DNA of 36,379 nucleotides from Clostridia bacterium (GTDB lineage: Bacteria > Bacillota > Clostridia > UBA1212 > UBA1255): the NCBI GenBank assembly GCA_017622825.1, contig JAGAQK010000030.1, forward strand, positions 1 to 36,379. The letters are read 5' to 3'. This document shows positions 18,593 through 28,230 of the stretch, in pieces (position 1 is the stretch's first letter; every line of letters starts with the position of its first letter). The notes beneath the pieces are model-generated. The model had not been told where the DNA came from. It did no database searches and was given only the letters and a program-made list of their open reading frames with translations. Position numbers and translations under genes: made by a program.

Positions 18593-19846
18593 TTATCTCT
18601 TAAGGAGAACCTCTTCCTCGTATTTTCTAACTTCTTTAAGCCACTCGCCACCAACGGGAACGTTGTTGATCTCGCAGAAGTAATCCCAAACAGCACCAAA
18701 TGGCAAAGTTTTGATTTCTTCAAGAGTAGCAAGACGTGTTGTGAAGTCAAATTTCTGCTCAGCAGCAACAAGGTCAGCTGTAGGTTCGAGAAGAGCAATG
18801 AGCAATGCTTTTTGCATATTGCGCATACCGATAACCCAAGCTGCAATACGGTTGATGCTTGCATCAAAGAAGTCAAGACCGATGTGTGTTCTGTTTACAA
18901 AGCCATTGCGAACAAGCTCAGCAGCAATGTTTTTAAGTTCATCATCAAGAACGATAACGTGGTCACTATCCCATCTGATAGGACGGCTAACGTGGAGAAG
19001 TACTTCATCAGCATAGCAGAATACAGCAGAAAGCTTGTCAGAAATAACTTCTGTAGGATGATAGTGTCCTGCATCAAGACAAACCAATTTACCTCTTGAA
19101 ACAGCATAACCAACGCAGAACTCATTAGAGCCAACTGTATAAGCCTCAGCACCGATACCGAAAACTTTGCTCTCAAAAGCATCAAGAGTGTACTCCTTCG
19201 GATACTCAACGCTGAAAATCTCATCGAGACCTTCCATCATACGTTTTCTGGGTCCGTATTTATCAACAGTGATATCCTTCATACCGTCCGGGAACCAGAA
19301 GTTAGTAACAGCAGGTGTTCCCAACTCTTTACCGAAGTAAGCAGCAATCTCACGGCTTGCTTTGCAGTGACGGATCCAAAAATCACGAACCTCCTTATCA
19401 GGATGGCTGATTGTCATACCGTCTGCTGACATAGGATGTGAGAAACATGTGGGGTTAAAATCAAGACCAACGTTGTTCTTCTTAGCCCACTCTACCCATT
19501 TAGCAAAATGCTTAGGCTCAATTTTATCTCTCTCAACATTTCCCTCAAAGTCACCGTAAATGGCATGAAGGTTGATTCTGTGCTTACCGGGGATCAACGA
19601 AAGAGCCTTCTCGATGTCAGCTCTAAGTTGCTCGGGAGTTGTTGCTTTGCCGGGGTAATTACCTGTTGTCTGGATACCGCCTGTAAGCTCTCCGTCGGGA
19701 TTCTCAAAACCGATAACATCGTCGCCCTGCCAGCAGTGCATTGAAATCGGGATGTTCTTAAGCGTTTCAAGAACTTTATCTGTGTCTATGCCATACTCAG
19801 CATAACGCTTCTTAGCCAATTCATAACTTTCTTTAACGTAACTCAT
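18593..19846 (-). CDS. rhaA: L-rhamnose isomerase
   Basis: [81 protein letters not shown]. Confidence 0.96.
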   Translation of the reverse strand: MSYVKESYELAKKRYAEYGIDTDKVLETLKNIPISMHCWQGDDVIGFENPDGELTGGIQTTGNYPGKATTPEQLRADIEKALSLIPGKHRINLHAIYGDFEGNVERDKIEPKHFAKWVEWAKKNNVGLDFNPTCFSHPMSADGMTISHPDKEVRDFWIRHCKASREIAAYFGKELGTPAVTNFWFPDGMKDITVDKYGPRKRMMEGLDEIFSVEYPKEYTLDAFESKVFGIGAEAYTVGSNEFCVGYAVSRGKLVCLDAGHYHPTEVISDKLSAVFCYADEVLLHVSRPIRWDSDHVIVLDDELKNIAAELVRNGFVNRTHIGLDFFDASINRIAAWVIGMRNMQKALLIALLEPTADLVAAEQKFDFTTRLATLEEIKTLPFGAVWDYFCEINNVPVGGEWLKEVRKYEEEVLLKR

Positions 19847-19935
19847 TATGTATTACACTCCTTATATAAATATTATAAATACCATTTAAAAAACTATATT
19901 CATTGTGCCAAGTTTACAATAAAATATAGCGTATG

Positions 19936-20295
19936 TCAATAAGCCATTACTCCCATAAAAGCAAGCTCCGGCTGCGTTGTATCACATCTGCTGTATTGCA
20001 CAACAACAGGCACGTTGCTCTTCACATACACAGCATACGGAACGCCCCTCGGCACCGTTTCGTTGCTTTTTGACTTGATCCTGTCCATTCTCACATGATG
20101 AGTTCTTCTTGCTCCGCAAGTTGCAAAAAAGCCCTCCATTGGCTCTCTGTCCTCAAAATACAAAGTAAAATCAACAACAGCATCGCAGTCTGTTGTATTT
20201 AATATACAAATTGCCTCGTGACTTACATAATCGCCATTATCCTTCACAGGATAAAAGGCATCCGGTATAAACCATTCACACTTACCTGCACTCAT
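19936..20295 (-). CDS. Sensory rhodopsin transducer (ASRT)-family protein
   Basis: GKCEWFIPD, SHEAICILN, LYFEDREP, ARRTHHVR and SNVPVVVQYSRCDTTQ match the ASRT family pattern. Confidence 0.82.
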   Translation of the reverse strand: MSAGKCEWFIPDAFYPVKDNGDYVSHEAICILNTTDCDAVVDFTLYFEDREPMEGFFATCGARRTHHVRMDRIKSKSNETVPRGVPYAVYVKSNVPVVVQYSRCDTTQPELAFMGVMAY

Positions 20296-20846
20296 ACTTT
20301 TTCCTCCTTATGTTTAATACTGTCATAAAAAATCTTCATTAATTGTATATACAAAGCAGACGTTTTTTTCTTCCACTCCTCACAAATAGCAGCGCCATCT
20401 TTACGGTCAGCCACAGGCAGCTTCACGTCCACTATGCAGTTCGTTCCTTCCCGTACGAAACATCTCACGTACACGTTGCCGTTAGAGTCTTCAAAGCAAT
20501 CTGCATCTACAGACATTGAGCGCTCCAGAGCATCGCGATTTTCGTCTATATAAGCCTCGTATCTTGCACCGAGACCGCCGGAAAACATGTACTTCATCTG
20601 AGCCAAACGTTCCTTGCCTTTTTTTGTAATCGAGAAAAGAACGCATCCGCTGCTGTCTAACTCTCTTGCAATGCATTCTTTTGCTATTAAATCTTCGCGG
20701 CACTCCTGTATTGTAAAGTAATTCACAAGACCGGGGCCGAGAAGTACAGCGCTAAGGGCATTATCAGTCATTCTGATGCCCAATTTATCAAGTACAAACA
20801 ATATCAATATTTTATTTGCAGTATACTGCTCACTATTCTCAAACAT
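20292..20846 (-). CDS. DUF4364-like winged-helix protein
   Basis: NKILILFVL, VNYF, ITKKG; typical size and motifs. ATG 20846 overlaps the obgE stop. Confidence 0.7.
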   Translation of the reverse strand: MFENSEQYTANKILILFVLDKLGIRMTDNALSAVLLGPGLVNYFTIQECREDLIAKECIARELDSSGCVLFSITKKGKERLAQMKYMFSGGLGARYEAYIDENRDALERSMSVDADCFEDSNGNVYVRCFVREGTNCIVDVKLPVADRKDGAAICEEWKKKTSALYIQLMKIFYDSIKHKEEKV

Positions 20847-22161
20847 AATAATCAAACTCTATTTCGTATATTCTCACTGTATCGTTTTCCTGTATTCCCA
20901 TTTCTTCAAGTTTTTTGATGAGACCTTTTTTCTTGATTACTCTCTGGAAATACTGTGAAGACTCATAGTCGTTAAGGTTAACAGAATCCACAATATTTTT
21001 TATCCAAGGACCTTCAACCACATAAACTCCTTCTTCAACGTGTACTGTAAACGGCTCTTCTTCGCTGTCAAGACTGTAAAGAACGTCTTCATCCTCTGTT
21101 ACAAATACGCTGCCTGCCGGCATTTTATCAAGAATACTGCCGCAATAAGCAGCAAGCTCTCTTGTGCCTTGTGCCGTTACGGCAGAAAGCTCAAAAACTC
21201 TCCATGCTCCGTTTTCTTTCTCGGCAAGTATCTCATCGCCTTTTTCTTCAAGCCATTTTTGATATTTTTCTTTAAATATCGCGGCATTTTCGGCAGCATT
21301 TTCTCCGTCCATTTTATTTAATGCAATAATCTGCGGACGCGCTGCCAATTCTTTATTGTATTGTTCAAGTTCTTTATTTATCAGAAGAAAATCCTCAAAA
21401 GGATCTCTTCCTTCGCGACCAGAAATATCAATGACATGAATCAAAAGCCTCGTTCTCTCAATATGTCTCAAGAATTCGTGTCCGAGTCCTTGTCCCTCAG
21501 AAGCCCCTTCAATAAGTCCCGGAATGTCTGCCATAACATAGCTTCTTTCTCCGTTATTGAAAACCACACCAAGATTAGGCTTGATTGTGGTGAAATGATA
21601 ATCTGCAATCTCCGGTTTTGCGCCTGTTGTAACTGACAGTATTGTAGATTTACCTACGTTCGGAAAGCCCGCCAGTCCCACGTCTGCCAGCAATTTAAGT
21701 TCAAGCTGCACTTCCATTTCTTTGCCGTCTTCTCCGGCTCTGGCGAAATTCGGTATTTGCCTTGTACTCGTTGCAAAGTGCATATTGCCCTGACCGCCTT
21801 TACCGCCCTTTAATACAATCTTTTTTTCTCCCGGAGTAACCATATCCGCCAATATACGACCTGTTGCGGCATCTTTAACAAGCGTTCCCTGCGGCACTTT
21901 TACTATCTCGTCGGCGCCACTTTTTCCTGTCATTTTATTTTTGGCTCCGTTTGCTCCACCCTCTGACTTAAATTTTCTCTTATATTTAAAATCAGCAAGA
22001 GTTGACGCGCCTTCATCGACAACAAAAACGATATCTCCGCCTTTGCCGCCGTCACCACCGTCAGGACCGCCTGCATTTATATATTTTTCTCTGTGAAAAG
22101 ACACAGCTCCGTTGCCACCTTTGCCGGAGGCAATAAAAATTTTGGTTCTATCAATAAACAT
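20839..22161 (-). CDS. obgE: GTPase Obg
   Basis: Gly-rich N-domain GGPDGGDGG, GFPNVGKST, YHFTT, DIPGLIEG, NKMD, and the C-terminal OCT domain. Confidence 0.97.
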   Translation of the reverse strand: MFIDRTKIFIASGKGGNGAVSFHREKYINAGGPDGGDGGKGGDIVFVVDEGASTLADFKYKRKFKSEGGANGAKNKMTGKSGADEIVKVPQGTLVKDAATGRILADMVTPGEKKIVLKGGKGGQGNMHFATSTRQIPNFARAGEDGKEMEVQLELKLLADVGLAGFPNVGKSTILSVTTGAKPEIADYHFTTIKPNLGVVFNNGERSYVMADIPGLIEGASEGQGLGHEFLRHIERTRLLIHVIDISGREGRDPFEDFLLINKELEQYNKELAARPQIIALNKMDGENAAENAAIFKEKYQKWLEEKGDEILAEKENGAWRVFELSAVTAQGTRELAAYCGSILDKMPAGSVFVTEDEDVLYSLDSEEEPFTVHVEEGVYVVEGPWIKNIVDSVNLNDYESSQYFQRVIKKKGLIKKLEEMGIQENDTVRIYEIEFDYYV

Positions 22162-22195
22162 CGTTTTCTCCGTTTTAATATTCTATATAATAATG

Positions 22196-22246
22196 AAAAA
22201 AGACTGCTATACACAATATATTTTATATAAGTGCATTGCAGTCTTA
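22196..22246 (-). terminator. Terminator after rpmA
   Basis: Minus strand AAGACTGCAATGCAC...GTGTATAGCAGTCTT stem followed by TTTT. Confidence 0.6.
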
Positions 22247-22268
22247 TTATATCGCTTGTTGAAAATTA

Positions 22269-22550
22269 TTAGTCTTCAGCAATGATAACGGCTTGCTTCT
22301 TATCTCTTCCAAGTCTGCGGAAAGATACTTTACCGTCCTTCAAAGCGTAAAGCGTATAATCTGTACCCATACCAACGTTCTCACCGGGGTAAATCTTAGT
22401 ACCTCTTTGTCTTACAAGGATATTTCCTGCAAGTACGAACTGTCCGTCTGCTCTCTTAACACCGAGACGCTTTGACTCTGAATCTCTACCGTTCTTTGAG
22501 CTTCCCAGTCCTTTCTTATGAGCGAACAACTGTAAGTTAATTTTTAACAT
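22269..22550 (-). CDS. rpmA: 50S ribosomal protein L27 with a Prp-cleaved N-terminal extension
   Basis: MLKINLQLF|AHKKG...NGRDS. Confidence 0.98.
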   Translation of the reverse strand: MLKINLQLFAHKKGLGSSKNGRDSESKRLGVKRADGQFVLAGNILVRQRGTKIYPGENVGMGTDYTLYALKDGKVSFRRLGRDKKQAVIIAED

Positions 22551-22583
22551 GACTTCACACCTCCTATGTTAGTCAATAAAAGT

Positions 22584-22919
22584 CTAATCAATAACCTTAA
22601 TGTATTCCCTGCCGTACGAATACTCAACCTGTTTAAATCCTATATATGCCGCCTCCATAACTGCGTATGCTGCCGTCATATCATCTGTCTTAAATAAGTC
22701 AGGTTCAAGTTTAAACTTCATATATCCGTCTTTTTCGGAATACTGCGGCTCTTTGCCGCCTATTTTCTTTTCACTGAAATAACCAATCGTCGTATACGCT
22801 ATAGCAGATACAGCCGCACAAATTATATCGCTGCCTTCTTCTGCGTAACCGGCATGTCCCGAAATTTCAAATCCGGTAACTTTCTTTTGACTATTCCTGA
22901 AAATTCTTGCTGTTATCAT
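22584..22919 (-). CDS. prp: Ribosomal-processing cysteine protease Prp (YsxB)
   Basis: SGHAGY...GSDIICAAVSA motif; sits between rplU and rpmA. Confidence 0.92.
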   Translation of the reverse strand: MITARIFRNSQKKVTGFEISGHAGYAEEGSDIICAAVSAIAYTTIGYFSEKKIGGKEPQYSEKDGYMKFKLEPDLFKTDDMTAAYAVMEAAYIGFKQVEYSYGREYIKVID

Positions 22920-22928
22920 GTTATAACA

Positions 22929-23243
22929 TTAAGCGTTAATTTTCTCAATTGTGAGCTTTGTATAGGGCTGTCTGTGACCTTGTCTTTTTCTGTAACCCTT
23001 TTTAGCTTTGTGCTTAATGATGCGGATTTTCTCGCCTTTGCCTTGCTTAACAACAGTTGCAACAACTGTAGCGCCGTCAACGTAAGGAGCTCCGAATTTA
23101 ACATCATCTTCGCTTACAGATACTGCAAGTACTTTATCAAATGTAACTGAAGTCTCTACCTCTGCGTCGAGTTTCTCAACGAAAAGAGTGCCGCCTTCTT
23201 CTACTTTGTACTGCTTTCCTCCTGTAACTATAATAGCATACAT
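22929..23243 (-). CDS. rplU: 50S ribosomal protein L21
   Basis: [14 protein letters not shown]...GHRQPYT. True start 23243 after GGAGGTG; the ORF-track extension lies in the leader RNA. Confidence 0.97.
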   Translation of the reverse strand: MYAIIVTGGKQYKVEEGGTLFVEKLDAEVETSVTFDKVLAVSVSEDDVKFGAPYVDGATVVATVVKQGKGEKIRIIKHKAKKGYRKRQGHRQPYTKLTIEKINA

Positions 23244-23259
23244 ACTTCTGCACCTCCAT

Positions 23260-23366
23260 AACAATCTCGCCTGTATATGACATCCGTGCGAAGACGTCAC
23301 TTCCGTAAGGCACCGCACGAAACATCCCGTGCGAATTTGCAAGCCCCGTCAGAGCGGTAACTGCTG
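23260..23366 (-). ncRNA. Putative L21 leader RNA
   Basis: Structured 5' UTR of rplU with GTTACCGC...GGTGCCT...AGGCGAGATTG blocks resembling the Firmicute L21 leader. Boundaries are approximate. Confidence 0.6.
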
Positions 23367-23384
23367 TATTTTATCACTAATAAT

Positions 23385-24290
23385 TCAGTCCGTCAATCCC
23401 CTAATTTCTTCTTCACTGAATTTATATTTTTTATTGCAAAAATGACAACAAAGCTCTGCGCCGTGGTCTTCTTCAAGTATCTTTTTTATCTCGTCCTTGC
23501 CTATGCTCAAAAGTGCTTCCTCCATACGTTCCTTTGAACAGTCACATTGGTACACGCATTCAACTCTGTCTGCAATATCAAGACTATAGCCTCTCGTTAT
23601 GTCCTCCAATATGTTTTCAATCGTGGCACCTGCGTTAAGTAAAGTCGTGACTGACGGCATATACGATATGCTTCTTTCTATGTCATCTATAAGTTTATCG
23701 GGTGCTCCCGGCAAGAGTTGCACCATAAAGCCTCCTGCTTTCACAACGTTCAATTCTTGTCCTATCAGCACGCCCAAAGACACTGCCGCAGGCACTTGTT
23801 TTGACATTAAGTAATAGTACGAAAAGTCCTCTGCGATTTCCCCCGAGTGCAGCGGTACGCTTCCCGAATACGGTTCTTTGAGTCCCAAATCCATCATAAC
23901 ATTCATAAAGCCTTTTCCTACAAGACCGCCTACGTCAAGCTTGCCGTCAGATTCTCTTGTGGGAAGGTCAGCATGCGGATGGTCAGCGTAACCCTTCACA
24001 AAAACCTTATCAAGTGCGCCGGCAGCGCCGTTTTTCGTACGTATACGGCAGACTGTAGCCATACCGCCAATGGGACCTTTGCCCTTAAGCTGTATCGTGA
24101 GCTTGTCCGTCTCATTTTTCATTTCTTTCGCCATTAAAACTGTTCCCGTAAGCATACGGCCCAATGCCGCAGTTGCTGTAGCGGAAGTATTATGTGTCAA
24201 TCTGGCATCTTCTACGAGTTGGGTTGTTTCGGCGCCTATAACGCGCAAATATCCGTCGGCTGCAATGCCTGAAATCAATATATCTTTCAT
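23385..24290 (-). CDS. hslO: Hsp33 redox-regulated chaperone
   Basis: AALGR, GKLDVG, SGEIAED, AGGFMVQLLPG and the CxC...CxxC zinc centre (CDCS, CHFC). Confidence 0.95.
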   Translation of the reverse strand: MKDILISGIAADGYLRVIGAETTQLVEDARLTHNTSATATAALGRMLTGTVLMAKEMKNETDKLTIQLKGKGPIGGMATVCRIRTKNGAAGALDKVFVKGYADHPHADLPTRESDGKLDVGGLVGKGFMNVMMDLGLKEPYSGSVPLHSGEIAEDFSYYYLMSKQVPAAVSLGVLIGQELNVVKAGGFMVQLLPGAPDKLIDDIERSISYMPSVTTLLNAGATIENILEDITRGYSLDIADRVECVYQCDCSKERMEEALLSIGKDEIKKILEEDHGAELCCHFCNKKYKFSEEEIRGLTD

Positions 24291-24305
24291 TTTTTCCTCC
24301 TATTT

Positions 24306-25115
24306 TTACGGCTTTTCGCAAATGAAATAAAGCCTTTCATAATCATCAAGTGTTTTTTCGGGATATAGATATGCAAATTCAAAAGGATGCCTCAGGTTGT
24401 CATAAACTGTAAAATTCATAAATCCCGCTTTTGTCAAGCCTTCACGCAGAACGTTTACCGACCATATCCTTTCAGAAATTTCTTCATCATACCTTCTGTA
24501 CAGTTCTTCTTTGCCTCCACCGGCTGTCTTGCCTTCTACTTTTTCAAAGGCTGTCAGCTGATATGATACCTTTCCGGTTTTCTTTGAGAAATCACATGTC
24601 CAAAAGAAGCTTCCCCATTCAAAATCCTCAAACGAGCACTCGCCTCGTGCATAATTCCTCTCAAAAAATTTAGGCATCACAACGTCAAAAAACAAAAATC
24701 CTCCGCTTTCAAGGGATTCATATGCCCTTTTAAAAAACGCAAATAATTTATTTTTATTCGTTATGTGGTTAAGCGTGTCTGTCGTTGCGAAAATCGCCGC
24801 TGCCTTGCGCCCGATTTCCATTTTTGCTATATCCTGGCAAACCCAAGTGATATTTTCGTCCGTATAAGTGTTTACGGCTTGCGCTAACATATCCGGCGAA
24901 ATATCTATTCCTATCACGTCATAATACGTTGCCAAAAGAGATGCCATAGCGCCGCTGCCACAGCCGGCATCAACTATGAGCGGTCTTTCCTTTCTCTCCT
25001 TAAACGGCTGTATGCCCCTGCTTTTTTGAATTACAGGCCGTGCGAAACATTTCCACTCTACATAAACGTCAAAAGGAAAAAGTGTGTCATAATAATTGGA
25101 AATAAAATTATACAT
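24306..25115 (-). CDS. Class I SAM-dependent methyltransferase
   Basis: VDAGCGSG, GIDISPDML, DTLNH, LESGGFLFFD. Confidence 0.88.
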   Translation of the reverse strand: MYNFISNYYDTLFPFDVYVEWKCFARPVIQKSRGIQPFKERKERPLIVDAGCGSGAMASLLATYYDVIGIDISPDMLAQAVNTYTDENITWVCQDIAKMEIGRKAAAIFATTDTLNHITNKNKLFAFFKRAYESLESGGFLFFDVVMPKFFERNYARGECSFEDFEWGSFFWTCDFSKKTGKVSYQLTAFEKVEGKTAGGGKEELYRRYDEEISERIWSVNVLREGLTKAGFMNFTVYDNLRHPFEFAYLYPEKTLDDYERLYFICEKP

Positions 25116-25119
25116 CAGC

Positions 25120-26340
25120 TCACCCTTTCAAAACTTCAAATGCCTTAAGAAGCTGTGCATCTTCTTCACTGCCCTCAACAAGAGCTATTTCTATATCAGG
25201 TTTAATTCCCACTCCGTGTATACACTCACCCGATGGTGTAAAATACCTTGCCACAGTAAGAATTATGCCGCTGCCATCGTCCGTATAATCTCTTCTCGTC
25301 TGTCCCAGCGCCTTACCGAAGGTTTTCGTACCTATGAGCGTGCCTGCCTTGTGGTCGCGTATTGCGCCTGCAACGAGCTCAGAGGCACTGGCGGTATTGC
25401 CATTAACAAGCACTGCCAGCGGCACGTTAATGCATTGCGCGTCCGATTTAATCTCGCTGAGCCTTCTGCCGTTTTTGTCTTCAGAATACGCTATCAAGCC
25501 CTCGGGTAGTATCCTGTTTGCTACTGCGGAAGCTTCCGCTTCGTATCCGCCTCCGTTATCTCTCAAGTCAAGTATAATGCCCGTGCACTCTAACTTATCG
25601 ATTTTCTCCATTGCCGCAGCAAATTCCGCGCCGGTATTTTCGTCGAATTGCGTGATTTTTATATGCATAATGCCGTCATAATCTGTTACGAATACAGACT
25701 GCTTGCTGACTTTTTTTATTTGTACCGTAACGGTTTTCACACTGCCGTCAGTGCTCTGCAGTTGCAAAGTCAGCTCATTGCCCTCTTTTGCAAAGATAGC
25801 GTCTAATTCAGCATCCGCATAATCAACTACCGCCTTGCCGTTAACGTGCGTTATTATTTCGCCTACCGCAATTCCTGCTTCTCCCGCGGAGGATTCTGCT
25901 TCTACGAAAACGACTTCCATGCCTTTCTCGTTATCCTGATACGTAAAGCCCGCTCCGATGTACGTGCCTGTTATAAAGTCTACGTACTCTCCAAGCGTTC
26001 CGGGCTTCAGATATCCGGAATACGGGTCGTTCAACGCTGCTACTGCGCCTGCAATGGCACCTTCAATAACTTCGTTTATATCATAGTCCAGGCAGAAACT
26101 GCTATCGATAAAATTGAGTATATCCTGGAACTTGGCAACCTTCGTTACGTCAAGCTCTTCACCCGCAAAACTTACGTTTTCGGATTTACGAAAGAGCCCA
26201 CCATTATAATAAATACTGTCTGCCACCAAAAAGGTCACGAAAACCGTCACAACAACGAGCAATATTGCTCCGATAAATAAAACGTTACCATTTATCCGAA
26301 GACTTTTGTTGTCACCGGTATTTTTATTTTCTTCTGTCAT
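25120..26340 (-). CDS. S41 C-terminal processing protease (CtpA/CtpB-like) with PDZ domain
   Basis: LNDPYS, ILDLRDNGGG, TASASE (catalytic Ser), TFGKA, YFTPSG, GIKPD; N-terminal TM. Confidence 0.92.
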   Translation of the reverse strand: MTEENKNTGDNKSLRINGNVLFIGAILLVVVTVFVTFLVADSIYYNGGLFRKSENVSFAGEELDVTKVAKFQDILNFIDSSFCLDYDINEVIEGAIAGAVAALNDPYSGYLKPGTLGEYVDFITGTYIGAGFTYQDNEKGMEVVFVEAESSAGEAGIAVGEIITHVNGKAVVDYADAELDAIFAKEGNELTLQLQSTDGSVKTVTVQIKKVSKQSVFVTDYDGIMHIKITQFDENTGAEFAAAMEKIDKLECTGIILDLRDNGGGYEAEASAVANRILPEGLIAYSEDKNGRRLSEIKSDAQCINVPLAVLVNGNTASASELVAGAIRDHKAGTLIGTKTFGKALGQTRRDYTDDGSGIILTVARYFTPSGECIHGVGIKPDIEIALVEGSEEDAQLLKAFEVLKG

Positions 26341-26352
26341 TTTTTCACCTGC

Positions 26353-27258
26353 TTAAATTTTCACGTAGCGGCGTACTGCGATTATACCGGAAACTACGCC
26401 AATGAGTATTCCGGCGCCCAGGAACATAAGCAGAACGCTTAAAGAGAATTCCGAAAACTCTGCAAGACCTAAAATTTCACGAAGGCTTGACGAAGTGCCG
26501 GCTACAGCCTTATACACATATGAATATGTTATACGCAATGCAAAATATGAAAGAATTGCACTTATTAAGCCTATAAATATACCTTCTATTACAAAAGGCC
26601 CTCTCATATACGCTCTCGAGGCGCCTATATTTTTCATTATTTTCAATTCTCTGTTCCTTGCAAAAACTGTCAGTCTTATTGTATTTGCCGACAGCAGCAC
26701 TGACAAGAAGCCAAAAACAATTACTGCCGCTAAGCTACCTATCCTGACACCGTTGTTAATTGTGGAAAAATAATTATACACTGACGTATTATCAGTTACT
26801 TCTTCCACTCCGGGCACTTTTTTCATATCAAGCGCGAACTGCTGTACATTTTTTACTGACTTTAGCTGCACTCTGAATGACACGTACATATAATCCGAGT
26901 CAAAATTTTCAAAAAGATCTTGTTCTTCTTCAAACATTTCTATGGCGTTTTGAAGATTTTCCTCTTTTGATATTCTCTCAACAGCATCTACACGTGAATC
27001 ACTGATAATAATATCAGCTATCGAATAGCTTGCCGCATCACTTATATCTGTGGAGCAGTCTATCATCAATTCTTTTTGCTGATTACTCAAGTCTGTCAAT
27101 ATTCTTTGCAAATTGACAGAAAGCATCATAAGGCATCCCATGATATAAAGAGAAACAAATAAAACAAACACAGACGAGAACATCATATGCCAGTTTTTGA
27201 AACAATTCGCCACGCCCTGACGCAATATATAATAAAACGTTCGTATTTTACGCATCAT
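26353..27258 (-). CDS. ftsX: Cell division permease-like protein FtsX
   Basis: Four TMs, NTIRLTVFARNRELKIMKNIGAS, PFVIEG. Start at MMRKIR (27258) after AGGAGG. Confidence 0.9.
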   Translation of the reverse strand: MMRKIRTFYYILRQGVANCFKNWHMMFSSVFVLFVSLYIMGCLMMLSVNLQRILTDLSNQQKELMIDCSTDISDAASYSIADIIISDSRVDAVERISKEENLQNAIEMFEEEQDLFENFDSDYMYVSFRVQLKSVKNVQQFALDMKKVPGVEEVTDNTSVYNYFSTINNGVRIGSLAAVIVFGFLSVLLSANTIRLTVFARNRELKIMKNIGASRAYMRGPFVIEGIFIGLISAILSYFALRITYSYVYKAVAGTSSSLREILGLAEFSEFSLSVLLMFLGAGILIGVVSGIIAVRRYVKI

Positions 27259-28198
27259 TTTCGCTTGCCTCCTGACTTTCCTGTTTCTCTTGTTCTGCCT
27301 GCTTTTCCTCGTCATTTTTCTGTTGCTGCGAAGCAATACTTATGGAGGCAACAGGTATTTCCACTTGAATCGGCTCCTCAGCCTTTTCGTTTTCTGCAGG
27401 CTTTTGTGTTTCTTCTTCGGACGGAACTTCCGCTGTCTGCTCTGCTTCGGGCTGAGCTTCCTGTTTTTCATCTACTGAAACATTATGCCCGTGATTAAGC
27501 ATTATCACTCTCATGCCCATTTCTTCGGCCATACTCTGTTCATGCGTCGCAACGAGCACCGTCGTTCCGTAAGAATTAATCATTTTAAGCAACGACATAA
27601 TTTCTGCGGAGTTTTGGGGATCAAGGTTTCCCGTAGGCTCGTCTGCTATGAGTATGCCGGGGCCGTTTACGATTGATCTTGCTAACGCAACTCTTTGCTG
27701 TTCGCCTCCCGAAAGATGGCTGGGATATTCATCCCTTTTACTGCTAAGTCCCATAAGAGAAAGCGTTATATCCACCTTTTCTTTGATTTCTTTTCTTGAA
27801 GCGCCTGTTATTTCCATTGCGAATGCTACGTTTTGAAATACTGTTTTCTTATCAAGCAATCTGAAGTCCTGGAAGAAAACGCCTATGCTGCGCCTGTATT
27901 TTTGTACGTTTGATCTTCTGATTTTTGCCACGTTATGTGAATTTACGAAAATTTTTCCTGCGGTCGGTGTTTCCTCAAGCAGAATCAATTTTATAAGAGT
28001 AGATTTGCCGGCGCCGCTTGAGCCCATCAAGAATACGAATTCGCCTTCTTCAATCTTAAAGCTCAAATTTTTAACGGCTTCTACGCCATTTTGGTATTTC
28101 TTTTCAACATTATCAAAAACAATAATCGGGCGATTTCTCTGCTCGTTATTGAATAACCCTTTTTTCTTTGCCTGTTTTTCTTTTGTAGTTTCACTCAT
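27248..28198 (-). CDS. ftsE: Cell division ATP-binding protein FtsE with an acidic C-terminal tail
   Basis: GSSGAGKST, FQDFRLL, LSGGEQQRV, ADEPTGNLDP, VATH; upstream of ftsX. Confidence 0.93.
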   Translation of the reverse strand: MSETTKEKQAKKKGLFNNEQRNRPIIVFDNVEKKYQNGVEAVKNLSFKIEEGEFVFLMGSSGAGKSTLIKLILLEETPTAGKIFVNSHNVAKIRRSNVQKYRRSIGVFFQDFRLLDKKTVFQNVAFAMEITGASRKEIKEKVDITLSLMGLSSKRDEYPSHLSGGEQQRVALARSIVNGPGILIADEPTGNLDPQNSAEIMSLLKMINSYGTTVLVATHEQSMAEEMGMRVIMLNHGHNVSVDEKQEAQPEAEQTAEVPSEEETQKPAENEKAEEPIQVEIPVASISIASQQQKNDEEKQAEQEKQESQEASENDA

Positions 28199-28230
28199 AG
28201 CGGTTTAATCTTCCTTTAATAAATGTCTCG

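Noticed and set aside
19936-20295. Light-sensing system
   Set aside because: No rhodopsin gene is in the window, and ASRT homologs commonly occur without one.
23244-23342. 33-aa N-terminal extension of L21
   Set aside because: It runs through the leader RNA; the canonical MYAII start has a strong SD.
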